Assembly: GCA_963787045.1 (NCBI GenBank) | Contig: CAWBBR010000010.1 | Coordinates: 7,742-71,741 of the forward strand | Source of the DNA: an uncultured Gammaproteobacteria bacterium | GTDB lineage: Bacteria > Pseudomonadota > Gammaproteobacteria > Pseudomonadales > Azotimanducaceae | Reading direction: 5' to 3' | DNA length: 64,000 bases | In this document: piece by piece, positions 58,128-64,000 of the stretch | Layout: each line of letters begins with the position of its first letter | Position numbering within the stretch: the stretch's first letter is position 1 | Program-made: the position numbers and the translations under genes | The notes under the pieces: generated by a model | Database searches by the model: none | Told to the model about the DNA's origin: nothing | What the model saw: the letters and a program-made list of their open reading frames with translations, nothing else

Positions 58128-59641
58128 ATGCAGCGCGCGGCGCACGCGACCGGTCTGTCTTTCGGTCCTTCCTGTCGGCCCTGGTGGTGTTCGCGGCGCT
58201 CGCTGCATCGGCGCCGGCCATCGCCGAGCCGGACTTCGCCGCGATCGGCGAGTACATCGAGGCGCAGCGCGTCGCGGAACACATCCCGGGAATGGCGGTT
58301 GCGGTGGTCGGCGGCGACGGCACGGTGTACGTGTCCGGATTCGGCCAGGCCGATGAAGCGGGTCGCGCGGTGGCCAGCAACACGCCGTTCATTCTCGGTT
58401 CTACGAGCAAATCCTTCACCGCACTAGCCGTGATGCAACTCGTGGAGACGGGACGGGTCGATCTCGACGCGCCGGTACAACGCTATTTGCCGTGGTTCCG
58501 CGTCGCCGACGAGACGGCGTCGGCGGCAATCACGGTTCGCCAGCTGCTGAATCAGACCAGCGGTCTTTCCACCGCTGCCGGGCGCGCGACGCTAACGGAA
58601 TTCTCGAGCGGCGACGACGCGCTCGAGAATCGGGTCAGAAGCCTGCGCGACGTCGAGCTGACGGCGCCGGTCGGCGCGATGTACCAGTACAGCAACTGCA
58701 ACTATCAGACGCTCGGTTTGATCATTCAGCAGGTGTCGGGCCAGAGCTACGAGGCGTACATGGCCGAACACGTATTCGCGCCGCTGGCGATGAATCACAC
58801 GTACACCTCGAAAGAGGCCGCACTTCAAGCCGGGCTCGCGGCCGGGCACCGCACGTGGTTCGGTCGTCCGCAGCCGTTCGACGAGCCCTTGCCGCGCGGC
58901 AGCGTGCCGCAGGGTTTCATCATCTCGACGGCGCAGGATCTGGCCCACTACCTCGGTGCACAGCTGAACGGCGGCCGTTACGGCAATGCGACGGTCTTGT
59001 CGAGCGCAGGGATGGCGGAACTGCACCACGGCACCGCGCGCATCGGCGACAGCGACGTCTATTACGCAATGGGCTGGAATTCCGGCGTCGTGGACGGCCA
59101 GAAGGCGGTTTGGCACGAAGGGGACACGTTCGGGTTCCAGTCCTTTCTGCTCGTGCTAACGGACGCACACTGGGGCGTGGCGCTCATGTCGAACAAGAGC
59201 GACATTCCGGCGAACAGCAGGTTCGAGGAAATCGCGTTCGGCGTGGCGCGCCTCGTAGTGGGCAGCGCTCCGAAAACCGAACACGTTCACGACGCGATGC
59301 TCGTGTATGCCGCGTTTGTCGGCATCGTCGTTCTGCAGTTTTTCGGCATGGCGCGCTCGATCGTGTTGTTGCGTCGATGGCGCCGCGAGCCGGCGACGCG
59401 GCCACGCAGCGTGGCGGCCAACTTATCGCGCGTCGCGCTGCCGTCGACGCTGAACCTGTTGTGGGCAGCGGTCGTTTTCGTTGCGTTGCCGGCCACGTTC
59501 GCGTCGATCGGTACAGTGACGTGGATCGCTCCCGACATCGGTTATCTGCTGCTCGTGAGCGGCGCCGTCGCGCTGGTGTGGGGCGCAGCCCGGCTGCTGT
59601 TGATTCGTCGACTGCCTTCGGCTCCTAGACCTCGACGCTGA
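58128..59641 (+). pseudogene. serine hydrolase (beta-lactamase/PBP family) with C-terminal TM segments; apparent 1-nt deletion near 58146-58151
   Basis: STSK (SxxK) and YSN motifs in ORF 58184..59641. The only ATG with an upstream G-rich RBS is 58128 (MQRAAHA) in another frame. Upstream of the GTG at 58184, the body frame encodes a signal peptide (RSVFRSFLSALVVFAALAASAPAIA) that has no start codon. Confidence 0.75.
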
Positions 59642-59927
59642 TACTCAATAGCCACAGCGCGGCGGCGCTGACACACAATGCCGTCACGTTGATCGCCGAG
59701 GCGCCGGCCAGATGCGTCCACGGCGCGGCCGCGGCGAGCGCCTGAATCGCCTGCCACAACGCGGGTACCGCTACAGCCGCACCGACCGCCGCCGCGCTAC
59801 CCAGCACCACGCGTCTGCGGCTGCGCAGACGATCGACGCGCTGCATGACATCGCGCGTGAAGCCGTTGTCGGAAACGTCGCTCTGCGCCTCGCGGAACAA
59901 CTGCCGTAGCGCGTCTTCGTCAGACAT
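59625..59927 (-). CDS. small membrane protein, putative anti-sigma factor
   Basis: 100 aa. Cytoplasmic N-terminus followed by two hydrophobic segments. Overlaps the ECF sigma stop by 8 nt. Confidence 0.55.
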   Translation of the reverse strand: MSDEDALRQLFREAQSDVSDNGFTRDVMQRVDRLRSRRRVVLGSAAAVGAAVAVPALWQAIQALAAAAPWTHLAGASAINVTALCVSAAALWLLSISVEV

Positions 59928-60456
59928 GTTGGCTCACCGTTGGATTCATGCGCTCGAGGATTCTCGCTTTCGCGCGGTTGAGTTTCGACTTCACGGTACC
60001 GATCGGCAATCCGGTCACGACCGAAATTTCGCTGTGCGAATAGCCGTACGCATAGCTCAGCAGCATCGCGGCTCTCTCCTCTTCCTCCAGCCATGCGAGC
60101 AGCTTCGGCAGATCGTGCACCTCTACTGGCGCCTCTGCATCGCTGTCCTGCTCCTCCAGTCGGAGCGCTGAGACGACCTTTTGCTGTTGCATCCGTCGCC
60201 GCTGCATCTGCCGCATCTCGTTGTAGGCGATCGCGATCAGCCAGGTCGAGAACTTCGAATCGCCGCGGAAGTGCGCCAGCCGCCGATACGCCTTGAGAAA
60301 CGTCTCCTGTGCAACGTCGTCCGCGTCCGCGGTGAGGTGGTGCAGAAAGCCGCGCACCACCGACTGATGTCGGAGCACGAGCTGTTCGAACGCCCGCGCG
60401 TCGTCGGCCGCGACGACGCGCGCGATCAGTTCGGTGTCAGACAGCGGCGCTGTCAC
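59920..60456 (-). CDS. RNA polymerase ECF-type sigma-70 factor
   Basis: ORF 59920..60492; GTG 60456 or ATG 60492 as start. AQETFLKAYR..FSTWLIAIAYN (region 2) and SHSEISVVTGLPIGTVKSKLNRAK (region 4). Confidence 0.8.
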   Translation of the reverse strand: MTAPLSDTELIARVVAADDARAFEQLVLRHQSVVRGFLHHLTADADDVAQETFLKAYRRLAHFRGDSKFSTWLIAIAYNEMRQMQRRRMQQQKVVSALRLEEQDSDAEAPVEVHDLPKLLAWLEEEERAAMLLSYAYGYSHSEISVVTGLPIGTVKSKLNRAKARILERMNPTVSQHV

Positions 60457-60811
60457 CCTTTCCCGAGAACCGATGTAAGCCGAGGTATGCAACGCCCAGC
60501 AGGAACGGAAACGCCGCGATTCCGGTCAACGGTCCGACCGCGTCGTCCTCGCCTACCGCAAAGGCAAATGCGCCGATGCCGATTGCGATCGCAATCGAGA
60601 TCACGCCGCGTCGCAGGTCCCCGTCGCCAGGGTCGTGACCGACGAGTTGCGCGACCAGTTCGGGCGTAAGCGGCTGGCCGCGATCGATGGCACCGCGAAT
60701 GGTCTCCTGCGCGGCGAGGCGATCGAGATGGCGATAGCGCAATCGCAGGCAGAAGAATCCGGCAATCGCCAGCAGGAACACGATCGGAACGAGGAAGCTG
60801 AAGTCATCCAC
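60437..60811 (-). CDS. small membrane protein co-operonic with the ECF sigma factor
   Basis: 124 aa, with an N-terminal TM helix and two C-terminal TM helices. Confidence 0.55.
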   Translation of the reverse strand: MDDFSFLVPIVFLLAIAGFFCLRLRYRHLDRLAAQETIRGAIDRGQPLTPELVAQLVGHDPGDGDLRRGVISIAIAIGIGAFAFAVGEDDAVGPLTGIAAFPFLLGVAYLGLHRFSGKGDSAAV

Positions 60812-60879
60812 TCAAGCGGTCTCCGCACGTATACGGCGAATGAGATGCCGCACAGGCCCGTTTGGATGCAGTCACGGTG

Positions 60880-60902
60880 AAAAAAAGCGGCGCTTACCGC
60901 CG
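60880..60902 (-). terminator. weak candidate intrinsic terminator after the GNAT gene
   Basis: On the minus strand, a CGGCG-gtaag-CGCCG 5-bp stem overlaps the stop codon, followed by C and T7. Confidence 0.3.
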
Positions 60903-61337
60903 GTATTGCACGAACGGCGTCTTCGTCGCCATCTGATCGTAAAGCCCGCGCGCGCGATAGTTGAACTCCTGCGTCATCCAGTACGTTCGGGAACAGCCGC
61001 GCGCGTCGGCTTCGCGGTACACCGCCTCGATCAGGGCACGCCCGATTCCGCCGGCGCGTAGCGTCGGCTCGACGAACAGATCCTCGAGGTAGCAATAGTG
61101 CGTCTTCGACCAGGTCGAGCTATGGAACAGGATGTGTGCGATGCCGACCGGACGATCAGCGTCGTTCACCGCGACCAGACCGATGTGAAAATCAGGCTCC
61201 CCGGCGATCATCCGCTGCCACGTCGCCTCGATGATGTCGTCGGCAACTGTCGCTTTGTAAAACGCGATGTACCCTTTGAACAGCGGCAACCAATCGGCTT
61301 TGTCGCGCGCCGCGAGCGCCCGGATGCGTGTCTTCAT
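60894..61337 (-). CDS. GNAT family N-acetyltransferase
   Basis: 147 aa with LEDLFVEPTLRAGGIGRALIEAV (acetyl-CoA binding motif A). Confidence 0.85.
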   Translation of the reverse strand: MKTRIRALAARDKADWLPLFKGYIAFYKATVADDIIEATWQRMIAGEPDFHIGLVAVNDADRPVGIAHILFHSSTWSKTHYCYLEDLFVEPTLRAGGIGRALIEAVYREADARGCSRTYWMTQEFNYRARGLYDQMATKTPFVQYRR

Positions 61338-61368
61338 GTCGTCCTCGTCAGGTTCGCTGCGAGAGCGA

Positions 61369-61989
61369 TTATGGCGACGCGAGCAAGTTGCGGTCGAGCA
61401 GCGTTGCGCGCAATTCGACGGTGCCTGCGCAACGCTCCGCCTGCATGCCGAACGTGCGGGCCGCGTCCACGTTGATCTGATTGTCGTCGACGAACAGGAT
61501 TTCGCGCGGCGCGAAGCCGACTACCTTCGCGACGTGCTCGAAGGCATCGTGATCGGGTTTGATGCGATCGATCAGGTGCGACGCGAACGGATGATCGAAA
61601 TGTCTCTCGAAATCCATCTCGCGCATGATCCGCGGCCAATGCAGCGCGTTGCTGTTGCTCAGCGTCGCACGCACGATGCCGGGCCGTACCTGCCGCAACA
61701 GTTCGTGCGCGCCGGGCAGCGGCGCATTCGCCCATCCGGCAAAACCCCGCAGGAATTCCTCGGTGCCCACGGTCAACTCGAATTCCGCGACCAGCCGCGC
61801 GCCAAACGTCTGTTCGTCGATGCGGCCGCGCTCGAAGTCGCGCACTGCGGCCGAGTGCAACCACGCGCGCCACAGCCCTTCGACATCGGTGGCATTGCGC
61901 ATCCACCGCAACATCGGCGCGACGCCGCCGATCTCGACGAGCACGCCGCCGACATCGAAAACGACGCATCGAATGGGCGCACTATCCAA
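61369..61989 (-). CDS. HAD-superfamily hydrolase
   Basis: VVFDVGGVL (motif I), SNS and FVDD. Confidence 0.8.
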   Translation of the reverse strand: MDSAPIRCVVFDVGGVLVEIGGVAPMLRWMRNATDVEGLWRAWLHSAAVRDFERGRIDEQTFGARLVAEFELTVGTEEFLRGFAGWANAPLPGAHELLRQVRPGIVRATLSNSNALHWPRIMREMDFERHFDHPFASHLIDRIKPDHDAFEHVAKVVGFAPREILFVDDNQINVDAARTFGMQAERCAGTVELRATLLDRNLLASP

Positions 61990-61992
61990 ACG

Positions 61993-62569
61993 TCACAACC
62001 ACTTGCGGCCCCACTCGAACGGCGCGATGCCGTCTGCAGTGAGCTGCCAGACCTGCGCGTCCGCATGACCCGCATTGAGATCGAGAAAGCCGATGGTGCC
62101 GAGTTGCGTATCGTAGTTGTGCGGATACGTGGCCGATCCCGGGTTCACGCACAGAATGCCGTGTAGTCGAGTAATGCGTTCGACGTGCGTATCGCCGGAC
62201 ACGATCACGTCGGGACGCTCGTCCGGAAAGAACCGCTGCAGCCATTTCGCCAGCGTGAAGTTCGGCGGCCGTTCCGGCACCGGCACATAGTGCGTCAGCC
62301 CCACCTTCACGCCTTCGAACTCGAGCAACCACGCGTATTTCACGCGCGGGTCTTCCGGCTGAACAGGGCGACCGCCGGATCCGTCTTCGCCGTTGCCGCG
62401 CGCCGAGTACACCGGGCGCCACGCGCTGCAATTCGTCGAGCACCGAAAATTCGTGCACGTCGCCGGCGTGGAAGATGCAGTCGACGCCTTTGAACGCCTC
62501 GAGCACCTGGGGCCACAAACGCGCGCACGCTTCAGGGATGTGCGTGTCCGAGATCAGACCGATACGCAA
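61993..62569 (-). pseudogene. metallophosphoesterase (YfcE/MJ0936-like), apparent 1-nt insertion at 62412-62416
   Basis: From the TTG start at 62569, (M)RIGLISDTHIP...IFHAGDV...LQRVAP reads in the frame of ORF 61982..62569. VYSARGNGED...VSGDTHV...NPGS reads in the frame of ORF 61993..62412. Junction: gcg ccc (g) gtg tac. Confidence 0.8.
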
Positions 62570-62579
62570 CGAAAACTCC

Positions 62580-63095
62580 TCAATGCGGAAATGCCACGTG
62601 CTGCGGGGGCGGCGGTGGTTCCAGTGGCGGCTTTCCGTTCATCGGCGGTCGCGGCCACGGGCGATGTCCCGGTGGCCGTGGTCCGTAACCCCAGAATGGT
62701 ACGTAAAGCGGGTAATAATCCTCGTACTCCGGCTCCCGCGCTTCGCGCTGTTGCTGCAGCGCCGCTTCCGTTCGCACGTAGTCGAGATCGAGTTGCTGCC
62801 GTTCGAGATCTTCCTTGGCGCGCGCGTGGCGGCTCGTTTCCAGAATCTCCAGCAGGGCGAGTTGCTGCTCGAACAGCTCGTTCGCGCGCTCTACGTCTTC
62901 GCGCAACGGCGTCGGCGGCGGCAGCACTTCGACGGGAACCGCAGACGGATGCGGTGCGTCGCTGAACGAAACCACCCCGTCGGCGTCGACCGATCGATAT
63001 ACCGTCGTCGAAGCCCCCTCCTCGGCCCACGCAAGGATCGGTATCAGGCAGCACGCGGCCCCTGCGTAGAGTCGTTGGCGAACGGCGCGTTTCAT
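62580..63095 (-). CDS. DUF4124-like secreted protein with Pro-rich C-terminus
   Basis: Signal peptide, then VYRSVDADGVVSFSDAP, typical of DUF4124. Confidence 0.7.
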   Translation of the reverse strand: MKRAVRQRLYAGAACCLIPILAWAEEGASTTVYRSVDADGVVSFSDAPHPSAVPVEVLPPPTPLREDVERANELFEQQLALLEILETSRHARAKEDLERQQLDLDYVRTEAALQQQREAREPEYEDYYPLYVPFWGYGPRPPGHRPWPRPPMNGKPPLEPPPPPQHVAFPH

Positions 63096-63171
63096 GCGAT
63101 TTCTTCGGGCTGTTCCACTACCGGATTTCGGTCGATACTACCGCAGCCTGAGCACATCCGGGGAGAGACGT

Positions 63172-63570
63172 ATGGCGGTCCTGCTGGATTTCTCGAAACT
63201 ACCGGCGCGTGCGAACGCCGACGGTGAGTTCGCGCTGCACGCGCGGTTCTGGAACGCCACCGTGAAGCTGCGGGTCGGACCGTCGAACTACCGCGTAGCC
63301 GTGCGCGACGGAAAGCTGACGGAATGCGCGCCGTGGTTCGGCGGCATGGCCTGCGATCTCGCCATAGAGGCGGACGAAGGCGAATGGGTGAACCTGCTGG
63401 AACCGATGCCGAAGCCGTTCTATCAGGACCTCTACGCCGCGACCATCCATCACGGTTTTTCGGTAGCCGGCGATACCCTCGACTACTGTGCCTACTATCC
63501 GGCGCTGCGGCGGCTGGTCGAACTGATGCGGGCGGAGCGTCAGCTGACGCCTGTGGTGCGCCATGACTGA
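63172..63570 (+). CDS. hypothetical protein
   Basis: ATG at 63172 with a GGGGAGAG RBS. 132 aa, non-Arg-rich. Overlaps the next gene by 8 nt. Confidence 0.55.
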   Translation: MAVLLDFSKLPARANADGEFALHARFWNATVKLRVGPSNYRVAVRDGKLTECAPWFGGMACDLAIEADEGEWVNLLEPMPKPFYQDLYAATIHHGFSVAGDTLDYCAYYPALRRLVELMRAERQLTPVVRHD

Positions 63571-64000
63571 TGCTCGATTCGACAGCGCAGTGGGCCGCTA
63601 CGTGCACCTGAATCTCGGCGGCGTCAGCCATCGCGTGTACTTCGAAGAAAGCGGTTCCGGCATCCCGTTGCTGCTGCAGCACACCGCCGGCGCGGACGGT
63701 CGCCAATGGCGCCACGTGCTCGAAGACGCCGAGCTGCGCAAACGCTTCCGGATGGTGGCATACGACCTGCCGTACCACGGCAAATCGGTGCCGCCAACGA
63801 CCGAACAATGGTGGAGCACGCCGTACAAACTGACGCGCCAGTTCCTGGTCAGCGTACCGGTGACGCTGGCAGCCGCGCTCGACATGCGCAAACCCGTGTA
63901 CATGGGCAGCTCGATCGGCGGACATCTCGCGATCGACCTCGCCATCGAACACCCGGAAACGTTCCGCGCCGTCGTCGGACTCGAAGCATCCGCGCACACG
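63563..64000 (+). CDS. alpha/beta hydrolase, partial (runs off the window)
   Basis: Open frame from ATG 63563: MTDARFDSAVGRYVHLNLGGVSHRVYFEESGSGIPLLLQHTAG...YMGSSIGGHLAIDLA (nucleophile elbow). No stop before 64000, so it is absent from the ORF track. Confidence 0.7.
   Translation, partial: MTDARFDSAVGRYVHLNLGGVSHRVYFEESGSGIPLLLQHTAGADGRQWRHVLEDAELRKRFRMVAYDLPYHGKSVPPTTEQWWSTPYKLTRQFLVSVPVTLAAALDMRKPVYMGSSIGGHLAIDLAIEHPETFRAVVGLEASAHT

Noticed and set aside
1-64000. Search for tRNA, rRNA, CRISPR arrays, intact transposases or prophage genes
   Set aside because: None were recognisable by eye. The only mobile-element trace is the integrase fragment at 49269-49387. A tRNAscan/Infernal run would be needed to exclude small RNAs formally.

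Overview
High-GC (about 65-73% on hand-counted 60-nt lines) proteobacterial chromosomal window. The dapA-bamC, bepA, nadA and DUF4124 context suggests Gamma/Betaproteobacteria. I saw no rRNA, tRNA or CRISPR. Core content, left to right: (1) a DUF4956/SdiA-regulated-like/hydrolase group; (2) an NAD-dependent formate dehydrogenase operon fdsG-fdsB-fdsA-fdhD-fdsD-mobA joined by ATGA/GTGA stop-start overlaps; (3) an ECF sigma module, a carotenoid-cleavage-type oxygenase, acyl-CoA dehydrogenases, a GST and P-loop kinases; (4) a phasin / wax-ester-synthase (WS/DGAT) / SDR locus; (5) housekeeping dapA-bamC, tusA-like, bepA and nadA; (6) a very large multi-PAS hybrid sensor kinase; (7) a lipid/CoA-ester catabolic cluster (acyl-CoA synthetase, 2 SDRs, family III CoA-transferase, paired ACADs); (8) NPP-type phosphodiesterase, DUF1343, AAA ATPase, tannase-family esterase, a MocR regulator with a PLP decarboxylase, a second ECF module, and miscellaneous hydrolases. 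The most interesting region is a lower-GC block of about 6.5 kb (42896-49387; 50-60% on spot counts) that ends at a decayed P4-type integrase remnant. It holds two tightly coupled divergent operons: GT2 / 2x NTP_transf_5-like nucleotidyltransferase / sulfotransferase on one strand, and HPr-kinase-like P-loop protein / PqqD(RRE)-like protein with a 54-aa tail / GT2 on the other. This is the tailoring half of phospho-glycosylated lasso-peptide clusters, but with no cyclase, no leader protease and no visible precursor, so it is an orphan RRE-centred modification system. Second theme: at least nine otherwise intact genes are broken by single-base indels, and there are two decayed remnants. This indicates either an indel-prone assembly or real pseudogenisation. 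Other observations are a ~370-bp composite palindrome made of two inverted ~113-bp elements (38030-38400) and a perfect CRP-type TGTGA-N6-TCACA site upstream of the sensor kinase.
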